NCBI GenBank assembly: GCA_012295275.1
Contig: CM022674.1
Span: forward strand, 2,852,001-2,916,000
Source of the DNA: Chrysomallon squamiferum
Lineage: Eukaryota > Animalia > Mollusca
Direction: 5' to 3'
Length of the DNA: 64,000 bases
In this document: positions 30,388 through 58,292 of the stretch, piece by piece
How positions within the stretch are numbered: the first letter of the stretch is position 1
Layout of the letters: every line of letters begins with the position of its first letter
Position numbers and translations under genes: made by a program
The notes under the pieces: generated by a model
What the model saw: the letters and a program-made list of their open reading frames with translations, nothing else
Told to the model about the DNA's origin: nothing
Database searches by the model: none

Positions 30388-31023
30388 ATAGTAGTGGTAG
30401 TAGTAATTAACAAAAAAAAAAGAAAAAAACGTTAACAGTCTTCTGTATTTCTGGTTTCTTTTGAATTCATATTCATTTATTATAATGAGAGGATTTCTGG
30501 GTTTATTTTGTTTTTTTTTTTGACAAGAAAATAATCAAGTAAAACAATAAATAGACTGAAAGAAAATCAATAAACTATCTATCACAGTTCTATCCATGCT
30601 TTTCTTGGAATTATGCAGGTTTTGGTGACGAGCTGTACGAATCTGTTATTAATATGTTTTTTTCTTCTGATTAAGTGGGTTTTTTTTTTTTTTTATGTTA
30701 AGCGCAGACTGCTTACATTTTGTTATAACTTCTACATAGATAACTAAAGAAGGGTTAACGTGTCTGTTCTAATCTCCTGTTTCATTGATTGCCCGTTTGA
30801 CTGTTTATGTCAACTGTTGGTCCATAGTTTTGTATCTGTCTAAACGATTCCATTGCTGTCAGTGGAAAACTAACATTGAGAACACAGTGGCAGTAGGTTT
30901 TTTCTTTATTTATCTGTGTAGTGTTTGTCTCTGTAGATATTTTTTTTTTAAATGTACGTTAACACAAACACACTCACATATATGTATGTATATATACAGT
31001 ATATAATGTATGTATATAACATA

Positions 31024-31056
31024 TAATGAACACTTAGTTTGAGAAATCATCAACTT

Positions 31057-31148
<92 letters not shown>

Positions 31149-31194
31149 ATTTCTAAAGTTGATGATTTCGTTGGCAAACTAAGTGTTAACATTA
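31024..31194. repeat. Inverted repeat (about 37-bp arms with bulges) enclosing a (GA)n microsatellite; MITE-like or hairpin element
   Basis: Left arm taatg-aacacttagtttg-a-gaaatcatcaactttaga (31024-31060). Right arm tctaaagttgatgatttc-gttgg-caaactaagtgtt-aa-catta (31152-31194). Perfect complementary blocks of 18 bp and 13 bp. Confidence 0.8.
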
Positions 31195-32268
31195 CGACAT
31201 TTCATTCGAAATTCATGTTATAGCCTAACCAAATCATTTGACCTTCAGTTTAACTCCTGGAGACATATGTAAGAAACAATAATGTTTTGTGACTGTAATA
31301 CAAAAATGTATGGTTGCGACAGAAATAACCAAATAACGGTAATGATAAAATCAAGGTTCGTTATGGAAACTATTGCAATGAACGAGAAGACTGCCACTTC
31401 CTGAAACCACTGGCAGTGGCATGGCTCTGAGTCTCATTAAAATGCAATACAGTGGCAGTCCTCCTATACACAGCTACAACTGTACACGCCATTAAAAATA
31501 ATCTTTTCACTGTTTGTTTGATTTGCGCATTACCAAAGTTCAGCAATGCCTTTGTCCTGTATAATACATTAACGAAGTAGACAAATAATATGCTACTGTC
31601 CATATACTTGTCACAAAAACAAATATATATATATAATAATAATAATACTAAATATACTTTCATTATATATATAAACATTTTTTTTTATCTTTTGCTGCGT
31701 GTTGTGTTTGCTATGGTTGATTTACGTTCTTCACTGTAAGAAAAAAGATGACAAATCATTTGTTTTAAATTAAAAGTAAATAAATACAAATGTGTGTGTG
31801 TATGTGTGTGTATATGTATATATGTGTGTGTGTGTGTGTGTTGTGTTTACCTTTCATTTTAAAACTCAGCTGTAATCTTCATCAAGCAAGGCAGACAGAG
31901 TGCGTAGCAGTGAACACAAAATCACTACCAGCCATGTTTTTATCAATTATATTCACCCTTTTTACATAATCACGTAGATCAAGCCGTACAGCAAATATTA
32001 AGACGACCAAAGATCAAACAATAAGCTTTTTTTTCTCTTTTCTCTTATTATACATCAATTTCATAATTATCTAAGATATATTTTACTCTTATTGAAAATC
32101 TTATTTTATACTATTATCACTACTACAACAGCTACAACAACTACAACTACTACAACTACTCTACTAATAGTATACCACTGCTACTCCACTAATACTATGC
32201 CACTAATACGACAGCCACTACTGCTACCACTATTACTACTACTACTACTACTACTACTACTATTATTA

Positions 32269-32335
<67 letters not shown>

Positions 32336-33064
32336 ACCATTTTAATGTTTATAATTGCAATAATAATAATAATATCAATCGTAATGGAAATAATAAAATG
32401 AAATCACTCAAATGTTCGTTTCGTTATATAATATTACGTTTCAGGTTATTAACGACAAAGTATTATCAACGATGCGGCTCAGACGAAAACAAACATGAAA
32501 CCGTTCAATTAAAATCCATCATTACTGGAACAAAACACGCGGTTTTTAAGACAGGCTCCGGAGAGACAATTCGTTTGCAAAAGAGGAAGCATGACATAAT
32601 AAGCTTTGGAAATATTGCGAGAACGTTCTGTGCACGTTTTAACGACCTGGGAGACCAAGGGAATTGTCGTAGCTAATCAAACTGTGTGTTCAGAGATTTG
32701 AAAGCCCGGATGGGCACACAGGAAGTTACGTCAAAACAATGAGGTTTTGGAATCAACAAAACAAATGTTTGTTGACATTACCGAGTCAGCAATCGGTTAT
32801 ATTATAATCGTTATAACAATAATCTTAGTTTACTACTAGTATCACTAATTCTACAGCTACAATTAACAATAATGCTGATGATGCCTGTGCTACTGCTAGA
32901 GCGATTACAACAGCAACAACAACAACAACTACTACTACTGCTTCTGTATTTGTGGACACTACAATTAACACTACTACCACTGATAATACGATTATTGCTA
33001 CTACTACTACTTTTACCACTAATACATTTGTGCTCCAGCAAAAGATATTAACAACAGCCACTAT

Positions 33065-33106
<42 letters not shown>

Positions 33107-33997
33107 AATTTACTACTACTACTACTGTTACTACTATTACTACTACTACAACTATTACTACTACTACTACTGTTACTACTACTGCTACTACTACTATTAC
33201 AAAACTTCCACCTCTACAGCTTTTAACAGTATTACGGTCACCACTGCTATTATTATGAATAATTCTTCTAGTTACAGAGAAACTTCATATCCTGTAGTAG
33301 TTCTAGTATAAGCAGCAGCAATGGTACAAAAAATTGTACTTGTCATATCAGTGATTAATTCTGTGGTTGTAGTAGCTGTGGTTTAGATGGTAGTGGTTGC
33401 TGTAATCCTTAATCTTCCTTCAAATTCTTCGACGTTTTTCTTCAAAACTGACACGCTCAGGTCGACAAGTAAGCTTTCTGGACATTTTTTCACATACGAT
33501 GATTATGCATCTACGTAATCAACGAAATTTCACATTGCGAGGAAGGAAATAATCACTGCTGTAACTCTTCCCGTTATTGGCATTTTAACACGACAGGTGT
33601 TAGCGTAAGAACCGAGCATTTGAAAACGTCATTACATAAAGACGGAACACAACCTGACAGGAAATGATTTCTCTGTTTAATACGTTCCTCACAAAAGAAG
33701 TACACAGTGGGTGTGAAAATATGGATTTTTTCGCTTGTTAATATTAATCACGATACGCAGCGTTTCAACTAAATTTTCTACACACAAGTGTGCAGTTACA
33801 CAACACTGGTGATTCTGCGTGTGTGTGTGTGTCTGTCTCTCTGTCTGTCTGTCTGTCTGGCTGGCTGTCTATCTATCTTTCTGTCCAGCTGATATCTTTC
33901 TGTCTGTCTATATGTCTGTTATCTATATTTCTGTCCAGAATCTGTCATCTGTTTCTAATATATATCTGTCTGTTTATCTATCTATCTGTCTGTCTGT

Positions 33998-34052
<55 letters not shown>

Positions 34053-34319
34053 CTGTCTGTGAATCTCTCTGTCTGTCTATCTATCTATCTGTCTGACTAT
34101 CTACATAGCTGTCTGTGTGTGTGTCTGTCTATTTGTTTCTATATCTCTCTTTCTATGTATCTGTCTGTCTCTCTGCATATCTATCTATCTGTCTATCCAT
34201 CTATCTATATATGTGTATATATAAAATTATATCTCTGTATCTACAGACAGACAGACGGACAATTAGATATAGATATAAAACGGATCTACTCCAGTCATGC
34301 CTTTTAGTCTCCGTGTTTC

Positions 34320-34403
<84 letters not shown>

Positions 34404-34776
34404 TCTTTCTTTCTGTCTTTCTTAGGTTACCATTCTCACGCGATTTCTGATTCTTATCTTTTTTTGTTTGCGTGTTGGTTTTGTATGTTTGAAAATCTCT
34501 ATCTCATGCTATAAGCGCATGATTCCTTTGCAAACAAAAAGAATAAAACATCAATAACCTATTGTCAGAGTAAAGAAAAGAGTACAAAAAAAGAAGAAAA
34601 AAGATAGGATAACAGAATGAATGAATGAATGAATGAATGAATAAAAAGTGAATATGTTACATAAAAACCTGAAAGTAGAATAATAGTATTGAATCTAAGA
34701 TAATAACAATAAAATGAATAAAAATAAAATTAAAAAATTCAATAAATAAATAAATAAATAAATAATAATAATAATG

Positions 34777-34810
<34 letters not shown>

Positions 34811-35048
34811 CAATAATAACAATAATAATAATAATAAATAACAACAACAACAACAACAACAACAATAAATAAATAAATAAACAAACAAACAAATAAATAA
34901 AAAAATAAATAAAAAGAAAATGGGAGAAAAAAAAAAGGAACACAGCAGAACGTAATTATGTAAATACGCACATCTGTATAACTGGCTGTCACAGAAACAA
35001 TCTGCACAAAGGTGATATTAAAACTCGTAAGAAATAACGACAACTTAC

Positions 35049-35193
35049 TTGCGGTACGCTTTACACCTACATCTTTGCAGTTCGCTGAATCTGTCGTCTC
35101 TAAACACACTGTATTCTCGCGCAGTCTCGTTCTGTCAGTGCAGACGGCTTCGACCGGTTCGCGCTCGATATTCCGTACGTAAATCCAGCCGTA
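35049..35193 (-). other. Putative non-coding 5' exon of the guanylate cyclase gene
   Basis: CpG-rich unique island bounded on the minus strand by the acceptor tgttatttcag and the donor aa|GTAAGT. It holds only an ATG-TAG mini-ORF. The cyclase first coding exon has its own acceptor (gtttcag, exon start about 29765), so an upstream exon is expected. Confidence 0.35.
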
Positions 35194-35645
35194 CTGAAAT
35201 AACATTGACAGCCACTGAAACTTGTTTGATAATAACAAAATATTTTACTCTGGCGGTCACGTGGGAGAGAGACGGGAGTCGGTCGGTCGGTCGGTGTGTG
35301 TGTGTGTGTGGGGGGGATGTGTGTCCTAATATTTGAACAGTTCTTGATAATGACGCTGTCAACATTATTATCACGTGTTTGTGTATGCGGGGACCTGGTT
35401 TATTTCAGTGTGAAGAGGTTGAGTGTGCAAAAATAAGAACACGGCAGAATATTTTAATATATATAATTGTTTTGATATAAAAATTAAAATTTTATATATT
35501 TATTTATTTATTACATTATGTATTTACTTATTATTATTATATATTATTTTATTATTCAAATTTAAATTTTATTTATTTTTTATTTGTCTTTTGTTTTGAA
35601 TTTTTGTTTTTGTTTTTTTTTTGTTTTGTTGTTGTTGTTGTTGTT

Positions 35646-35689
<44 letters not shown>

Positions 35690-36180
35690 TGTATTTATAT
35701 ATTTATATTTATTTATGTATTTATGTATTTATTTATTTGTCTAACTACTGTTATTAAAACCTCGTTGTGTCTATTTTGCAATCTATGGGAATGTGCACAC
35801 GAAACACTTCTTCCTGCTAAACGATAAACAGTAGACATGACGCAGCGTCTTTTTCTCTCTCGCTATTTCTCCTGTTCGTAGCAACAACTGTAAATGACGC
35901 TCTGCAAACGTAATTTAAACTGACCTGAGTACGTCCGTTAAAACATTCATTCTTGATGTTTTGGTTTCTACAAAATCGCTAAGCTGACATCGTTCTGGCC
36001 CCGTCATCCATTTCAGCTTACTCTGTTTAGGAAGACAGTATCAGTGAAAAACAGAAGATGAATTCAGAGAAAAGGAAAAGTACTTGGATTGTAGGACGAG
36101 CCCTTCCTGGGATACAGTCAGTGTATCTGTCATTCTCAAACCCGCCAGGCGTGACGTCGCGTATTTTCATTCATTACCAG

Positions 36181-36181
36181 T

Positions 36182-36219
<38 letters not shown>

Positions 36220-37048
36220 GCTGCTACTACTACTATTACTTCTGCTGCTGCTACTACTGCTAATGCTACTAGCGTTACTGCAGATACTACTACTACTACT
36301 ATTGCTGCTACTTCTAATACTGCTACTACTACTACTGCTACTACTGCTACTACTGCTACTGCTACTACTGATACTACTGATACTACTACTACTGCTACTA
36401 CTACCACTGCTACTACTACTACTGCTACTACTGATACTACTACTACTGCTACTACTACCACTGCTACTACTACTGCCACTACTTACTGATACTACTACTA
36501 TTACTACTGCTTACTACTACTATACTACTGCTGCTACTGCTACTACTGCTGCTACTACTACTGCTACTACTACTACTACTACTGCTACTACTACTACTAC
36601 TACTGCTACTACTACTGCTACTACTGCTACTACTACCTCTGCTACTACTACTACTACCACTGCTACTACTGCTACTACTACCTCTGCTGCTACTCCTACT
36701 ACTACTGCTAGTACTACTACTGCTACTGCTACTACTACTCCTGCTACTGCTGCTGCTACTGGTACTATACTACTTTACTATTGATATTACTACTGCTACT
36801 ACTACTACTACTACTACTACTGCTACCGCTACCGCTACTGCTAATGCTGCTACAACTACTACTGCTACTTCTACTACAGCTATTGCTGCTTTTGCTGCTA
36901 CTACTACCACTGCTATTACTACAACTACTACTACTATTACTATTACTAGTAGTACTACTATTGCTATGCTGCTGCTGCTCCAAATGCTTTTGCTACAATC
37001 ACTACTGTTACCAGATTTACTACTACAACTACTACTACTACTACTACT
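36181..37048. repeat. Long imperfect (TAC/TGC)n trinucleotide array, about 870 bp
   Basis: Directly visible. Confidence 0.95.
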
Positions 37049-37840
37049 GAAAGTGATAAAGAATATTTCTATAGAATATTCTACAATAACTTCACGAAAC
37101 GTTCCATTTGTATATGTTTTATCTTGAATTTCAAACTAATAATAGATTTCTGAACAATATTTAATGAAACATTGATTTCATGAACCCATTTCTATTATTC
37201 GTGTCCTTTTGAAAGAAAAAAATATTTGTTTTTCTTCTTTTTTCTTTTTTTTTTTTATGCATAGTTATAAAGGGAAATTTTCTGATTCATACAATTAAGA
37301 AAAAAACTAATTTAAAACAGGAATCCATTATACAGGATATATTATATGCTTCTGTCTGACAAGATAATAACGAAAGAAAAAATCTCCCAGTTCAAATCAG
37401 ACCAATAATGAAAATGATACGGGCAATGGAAGGCTATTGATGGGTATAATTATTCAAATTTAATTATATTTTTGTCGTATTTCTTATTGCCTTGAATCTG
37501 AAAATCTAATTTAAGAATACAGATGCGGAATATGTAAAACATAGGTACATTGGATAAAAAAACAAAAACAAAAATTAAATGTTAAGTTATGAAATGTTTT
37601 TTGTGAATCCTGTTTCATTACATTTTTCAGCCACGAAAATTATTTTTTATGGGTAGAATCCATAGTTTAAAATTAAACAACATTTTGGTACAGCCAAAAG
37701 ATGAAAAACAAGACTATGTATATTTGTAATATTTTTTATGGGATTAGACTGATAGACAATATAAAATTAAACAAAGTTCAATCACGTGTTGGTCACTACT
37801 CAAAAGATGAGAAACAAGACGTTCGGGCATTATGTATATT

Positions 37841-37945
37841 TGTATGTATGTATGTATGTGTGTGTATGTGTGTGTATGTATGTGTATGTAATTTGTGTGT
37901 GTTATTATGTATGTATGTGTGTGTGTATGTATGTATGTATGTATG

Positions 37946-37976
<31 letters not shown>

Positions 37977-38147
37977 GTTTGTATGTATGTATGTATGTGT
38001 GTATGTATGTATATGTATCTATGTATGTATGTATGTATGTGTGTAGTATGTATGTAAGTTTGTATGTAAGTTTGTATGTATGTATGTATGTATGTATGTA
38101 TGTATGTATGTATGTATCTATCTATGTATGTATGTATGTATGTATGT
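37841..38147. repeat. (TATG)n microsatellite
   Basis: Directly visible. Confidence 0.95.
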
Positions 38148-38808
38148 ACTTAAGCATACTTTAAACGGAATGCTAAGGTCACTGATTCTGCGATGAATAA
38201 CCTTTGTCGGTTACGACAAACAACAAGCCACAATTTGGTAAATGTATGTATTGTAGCTAACAGGGATTAAATAATAGAAATAATGATAATACTTAACTGT
38301 GTAATGGTAATTATAAATGTGTAAATAACAAGAACGAAATTCGTATAATTTACATTAAGGCTCGCGTAAAACAGAAGAAGAAGAAGAAGAAGAAGAAGAA
38401 GAAGACAGAAATCAGATAACTTTAGCGAAAACCGACAAATTTCATTCAAATTCTTCGCTCTTGTATTTTAATTCCTTTCGGAATAAAACACTCGTAATTG
38501 TTCACGTGTCGTGTGTGAGTAAACTCGATTTCAAATAAACAAAACAAACTCCCCCAATAATCACCGTGTTTGTCTGTCGCGTAATTGGACAAAGCGGACG
38601 CTGCCACGAAAATACGACCTGCTGCTAATTAGATTAAAACGCCATACTACTGTGAATTGGGCTAATCAGTATTAAATGTCTCGTCTTGAAAATTAACAGA
38701 CCCACGCGCACCCACTTACTGACAAATATCAGCTCCGTGCCTACGCAAAAGCGTGCACAAGACAGGTCTACAACCGTAGGTACATTTCACTTAGAGTAAG
38801 ACAACACA

Positions 38809-38884
<76 letters not shown>

Positions 38885-38904
38885 CACGTCATTGTATATT
38901 GGAG

Positions 38905-38942
<38 letters not shown>

Positions 38943-39650
38943 TTATTTATTAACAAAGAAACGAAATCCACCACTCCATGAGCCATTATTTTTTATTTAT
39001 TTTATTTTTTTTTTTTCATTAGCATAAAAGATATACCTTCTCAGAAACAGGAGAACAGAAATCAAACGCTCCGAGTTGGCCTGACCCCTCCGACCTATCA
39101 TCTCCCAGCTAACAAGCCACATCTTGACATTCAGTCTATTAGCATTTTAAACCTTAAACTATTAACACAGAATCTCGACGTTTTTTATCATTCTCAAAAC
39201 TGATATGAGATTCTTCAGAAGTTCGAGTCTCCTATACATTCAGTTTCTTGTTTCATTTCCCATAATTCTTTATAATATATATATATATATATATGTTTTT
39301 TCTTTATTTATCTTTTCCTTTTTCTTTATTTCCATTTATCCCAATTATTAATAGTTCTATTACTGTTAATTAGTAGCGTTTTCTTTAAGTGTTTAATGAG
39401 CTCTTTATACGCGCGCACGGAAAACAGCGATTGTCTACTTTTGATGACGTCACTAACACCATTACTGGTACAATGGTTATTTGCTTCAGCCACTAGACAT
39501 ATTGTGGATACATATTTGTATTATTGTTTTCATTGATTCAGACTCTGTTTCGTTAAATTGCTGTATTCGAGTGTTTGTTTCCTACATTTGCAAATGTCCC
39601 TTAATAAATTTAATTTGTCTCTAGATATAATTCAATTTACCTATAAAATG

Positions 39651-39757
<107 letters not shown>

Positions 39758-40454
39758 TTGACATTGCATTTGTCTATTCTTCCCCATATTTGTCTTTATG
39801 CACATTTATACGTGTGTTAGACAGAAACAGACGTATCCAAAAGAAAGACAACAACAACCACAACAACAAAATACCTTTTTTAAAGAAATAACAAAAGCTT
39901 TTCTTTTCTTTTTAATTTGAACCTGAGATAAAAAAAAACCTGCAAACAGAAGTCAGTTCTGTATATATAATTAACCATAATACATTACTGACATCGAAAA
40001 AAAAAAAAAAAAAATCAACTCAATTTAATCTTAACCAAATTTGTTAAAAACGTGATCATTTTAATGCAACAAGCAAATTCCACAGAGCAACAATTATATT
40101 GTTTTTTCTTTTTTCTTTTTTTTTTCTTCATTCTAGCCTTGTAATGAAAATTATACAAGCGAAAGATATTTGTACCGGGTAATTGTAAAAATCAGTAAGT
40201 CAATAGAAAATTATAGCTCTCTGAAAACATCTGCTTTTTAATTTCTTGCACATCCAAATCCGATGATTTTGAAAAAAAAGGCAAAAATCGAAACTACTGA
40301 CATTGGTATGGTCTGTTTCGTATGTGTCATGTGTGTCCTATATTTTCTTCACGTAGATAAGTTGTTTTACAGGAAATCTGTATTTGTTATTACTAAGCTA
40401 TTATTTCTGTTTTATTTCAGTTCTATATATAATCAACACGTCATTCGAAAACAC

Positions 40455-40512
<58 letters not shown>

Positions 40513-40647
40513 GAGTGTGTGTGTATGTATATATATATATATATATATATACATATACATACAGAGAGAGAGAGAGAGAGAGAGAGTATTGTTTTTACAA
40601 CTTGAAATACTAGTAGTAATAGTGGTAACAAGAAGAAAAAGAACAAT

Positions 40648-40685
<38 letters not shown>

Positions 40686-41444
40686 TAAGAAAAGATTAAG
40701 CTAACTGTTCATCTATTAAGAATTTAATCTATATTAAAAAATAAGACTGAAAAATAATAACAAGTAAATAAACAAACAAACAAACAAACAAACAAACAAT
40801 GAGATAAAAATGTAATAATGTTAATAACCAAACAGCTGTGTTCTGTGCTAATAGTTCTCTCTTTCACCTACACAGGTCTTAATACATCTATACTTCGGTT
40901 AACACTATAACAAAGGTTAGTAACATTTGAGATGTATGCAAAGCCACGAGCCGTTTTGGAAATCTGCAAGTCATTGATAGGACCGGACTGCATAACTAAC
41001 GTGAAGAGCAGTTCACGGGGCACGAGTGAGAACCAGGGAAGTGTCAAAATTCATCAGCTGCTTTTGTATTCTAAAACCAAATAAAGACTTTTATATAAAA
41101 ATAAAAATAATAATAATAATAATAAAGATAAATAATGGTGTCGTTAATTAACTTGCTCTTGTTTTTTAAAGAAGAAAAATAAATTATTAAGATAAATCTG
41201 AAGAGAATATATATATATTTTTTAATCTTCTCTCTCTGTATTTATCTATCAATCTATCTTTGTATATATATATATATACACGCACACATACGCACATATA
41301 TATAATTAGATGCAGAGAAAGAGAGAAATGATAATAAATACTGTAGTAGTAGTAGTACTAGTAGTAGAAGAAGAAGAAGTAGTAGTAGTAGAAGTAGTAG
41401 TATTAACAGTAGTAGTAGTAGAAGAAGAAGTAGTAGTAGTAGTA

Positions 41445-41477
<33 letters not shown>

Positions 41478-41519
41478 ATAATAGTATACACGAGTATATA
41501 TGATGACGGTGATGATCGT

Positions 41520-41593
41520 GGTACGGTGTAGTGCAGTGGTAGTTACAATGGTGACGTAGATTTAGAGGTTTCCCAGCTCAATCCTGGCCATGT
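41520..41593 (+). mobile_element. Degenerate tRNA-like sequence, possibly a tRNA-derived SINE head
   Basis: A-box-like TAGTGCAGTGGTAG (41529-41542) and T-arm/B-box-like GAGGTTTCCCAGCTCAATCCTGG (41565-41587) at tRNA-like spacing. The cloverleaf is not intact. Confidence 0.35.
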
Positions 41594-41771
41594 CTTTGCG
41601 CCATTTTTCTTTCCTGCTAACGTCATGCAGTTGATTCATCAAAGACCTTGCTATCTCCTTTGTTATATTCAACAACAACAAAAAAGTGAAAAATGATTGC
41701 TAATAAAAACGTGACCACGAGTTGTTTTAATGTAATGTTCATTCATGTGGTCGACTTGACCTGAACTACAG

Positions 41772-41824
<53 letters not shown>

Positions 41825-42077
41825 TAATTCTAAAGTTTCGAATTTTCCGAGCGTCTCCCTGTTTACAAATGACTCGACACGTTTGTCGGGGCGAGGTCTG
41901 TGAAAGTCTGACGAAACTCACAGAAACATTTTCTCTCTCCGAGTATAAAGGACGTAATGAAATCCTGACGCATTTAGACTGTGATGAAAATCTTATATAT
42001 ATTGAAAGAAAATATTCTTCTTATTATTATTTTTTTTAAATAAGTTTTAAAATAAACTGTCGTTTTTAATATTCTAA

Positions 42078-42159
<82 letters not shown>

Positions 42160-42282
42160 AGAAGGAGAAGAAACAGTTACTGCAACAAGAATTGTTTCTT
42201 TCCGATTGAGTTCTTTCTGGAATATTCTGTTTGTTTTATTTGACGTGTTTTTTGGTTTGTTCTGCGGAAAAACACTTGAACA

Positions 42283-51361
<9,079 letters not shown>

Positions 51362-52100
51362 AATGTATTTGTGATAGTTAAAATAAAGCCTAAATAATCT
51401 GAGAATGCGTCGAAATTTCTGGTTTCTTTCATGCCAAAACAGTGTGAACAGATAGATTAAATAAATTTTATAAGCAGCGTAATATTTGATTTATTTATTT
51501 ATTTATTTATTTGTTTGTTTATTAATACTTTTTTCTCAGACCTACCTGGTTTACAAATAGTGATATATTTCCGAATCGGTATTTTATTTATATTCTTTTG
51601 CGATACACCAATTTTTAATCAGAGAATGGCAAAACAAATTATGACAAAATACAGAATGACAAATTGCACAGTAAACGTAGATTCGTAAGACATTTATTGA
51701 CAAAATACGTAAAATGTTAGTGCACTTTAAATAGGATTTACATGAAGATTTATAAGAAATGTTTTGGAATTTGCGAAATATGTTGTCATTTTATTTATTT
51801 ATTTATTTATTGATGCACGTATAAATTCATAAGCTTAGGTATACAAGTATATTTTGAAAAAGAAATTGGGAGGCTAGATGAATCAAATTCCTAAAATATC
51901 CAGTAAAAATTGAAAATAGATAAATGTTTCGGTAACAGAAAAAACCAACAAAAAAACCCATAATAAATAAAAAATAAATTATATATATATAATAATAATA
52001 ATAATAATAACATTAATAATAATAATAAATAAAAAAATATATCTGAAAACCTTTATATGTGTGTGTGTCTGTATATATATATATGCAATAAAATAAAATA

Positions 52101-52131
<31 letters not shown>

Positions 52132-52298
52132 ACAAGAAATAATAATAAAATTAAAATAAAAATTAAAAATTAAAAACATTTTTCCGACGAACCTGTCGCG
52201 CGCTTGTCGTTACATCGCTAGGTGGTTCTGCGCAGGACAGGAAGTCACAATGGCGGCGGCGTCAAAAACAGGTCCGCTTCAGAATGTCACCGCGGATT

Positions 52299-55858
<3,560 letters not shown>

Positions 55859-56550
55859 TTTGTCTAGGTCGAAATTTATTACTGAGAGTTTAAGTCCTAA
55901 AAAATATGCGTTAAAATTAATAAATTTAATATTTATACATTTCGTTTTAGTTTATTTTTGTGATGCAAACAGCCTCCTCCTGTATCTTTCTCTCCATTGA
56001 CCGCTTGTATGTATGTATGTATGTATGTAAGAAATGTGAACGCGTGCTATCGTTTTGTGAATAAAAATTAATCAAATAAGACAGACAATACACTGTATAT
56101 TTTTCTCTAAAATATTCAGCTATATGCACCGTTATTGCATTTATAAATCAACATGATAGTCTAGAAGAAAATAAAGAAAAAAACATTAAATTTAGTACAG
56201 AGAATAGAGGGAACGAAATAAATATACATGACCTCGTTGTTGTAACTTGGCAACTTCAGCCACTTATTGTACGCAGACTGTATTTTTATAACTGATCAAT
56301 TCTTTAGCTAAACACTGAGTATTTCTACAACACATATATTAAAAAATAAGGAATAATAAATGTCGAAATCTTATGTCATCCACAAAATTACTTACGTTAT
56401 ACAGAAAGCAACCTATCTTTGCTACAAACACAGAATTTGTAATGTCGCTTTCGTCACAGTTACGTAGTTTACGTCACTAAATGACGTAATTAAGGCTTCA
56501 TGTATGATATGTTGCTGGGTTGTTTTTTTCCCCCCGAAATTCTGAGGAAT

Positions 56551-56581
<31 letters not shown>

Positions 56582-56772
56582 TTATTTCAACATTACAAAA
56601 CGTATTTGGGTAGATATATTTGTATCAATATATTTTGTTACTAATTTTACCTTATCTCTAGAACTGCAGAAATGTCTTTTAAATTAGAAATATTTGGCAG
56701 CTGATTTTAGTGTTACCAGCCTAATGACGTCTTACAATGATAAGGGGAATTGAATTTAATAATAATAACAAC

Positions 56773-56818
<46 letters not shown>

Positions 56819-57033
56819 GTAATAACAGCAACAACAACAACAACAATAAATAAATAAATAAATAAATAAACAAATACATACATAAAACAAGTCTTGTGTT
56901 TTACAGAAGTGGTTAGTAGTAAACAATGTCCTTCGGATTGGATGTTTTATTACTAACAGCATGCAATAACGGCATGATTTGGGACATTAATGGTTTTCAT
57001 GACAGAAGGCAGGTGATTTTAAAACAAAGTAAA

Positions 57034-57091
<58 letters not shown>

Positions 57092-57325
57092 TCTGCAAAG
57101 TAATAATAACAACAACAACAAAAACAAAATAAATAAATAAATTAATTTACACTCGGAAAAGGCCTACAAAAAATATTTAATTACTACTACAGCAACAGCT
57201 ACTACTACTACTGCAACTACTATTACTATTACTACTACTACCACCACTACAACAACAACAACTACTACTACTACTACTACTAATAATAATAATAATAATA
57301 TAATAATAATAAGAAGAAGAAGGAC

Positions 57326-57357
<32 letters not shown>

Positions 57358-57641
57358 AATAACAAAATATGTCTATACAAAGAAGGTGTAAATAATGCCT
57401 AGCTTCTGATTTTTAACCACTAAAACATTAAAACCCAAATCACGGAGTTATCTTTAAACCCAATCACTGTGTTACGACATACAGACATAAAAACTGATGT
57501 TTTGAACAATACAGACACTCGTGTCTGTATAGAATTTGCGATCATAAAGCAGGACAGGATTAGCAAAAGTCACGGATGTTTAAGAACCAGAACAATACTC
57601 TTTCTCGTGATTTGCAGACGTTCATTGCGCACGTCCTTAAA

Positions 57642-57685
57642 TATAAAGTGATGCACTTTTGAATAACATTATTAGTATTTCAGTT
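57642..57685 (+). promoter_or_regulatory. Possible TATA box and initiator for the secreted-protein gene
   Basis: TATAAA at 57642-57647 and an Inr-like TCAGTT at 57680-57685, 40 bp before the ATG. The TATA-Inr spacing is somewhat longer than canonical. Confidence 0.35.
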
Positions 57686-57724
57686 TTGTCACAGCCAAAC
57701 CCCGAGAGCATAACGAAAAATAAA

Positions 57725-57898
57725 ATGAAATTTTCTACCTGGATTCTTGTTTTGGCACTAACATTTGATCCAAGTAAGTATCCAGTGGTTTAATCTGTTG
57801 TTGTGACGTCATGTTGTTGTTTTCACCTTATTAATCTTATTATTATTTACTACTGTACTGTTAAAGGTTGTGTGCTTAGTGTGTTTAGCGTGTGTGTG

Positions 57899-57970
<72 letters not shown>

Positions 57971-58243
57971 TGAATTTGGATGCGTGTGTGTGAGAGAGAA
58001 CGCAATTGTATATGCGTGAGTTATATGTGTGTATTCAACAAGAAAAAAAAACCAAGGAGAATGCATTCAAAGGTAGTGAAACAATTGTTATACCAGTTGC
58101 ATTATTTATTTATTTATTCATTTATTTATTTATTTATTTATTGAAAATATGCAATTCACGTGATTTTTCGTTAACAAAAAATAAATTATTACTGCTACAG
58201 CTACAACAACAACAATTACTACTACTACGACTACTACTATTAC

Positions 58244-58292
<49 letters not shown>

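Noticed and set aside
41520-41593. Functional tRNA gene
   Set aside because: The B-box is degenerate and the acceptor and anticodon stems do not pair; kept only as a possible SINE relic.
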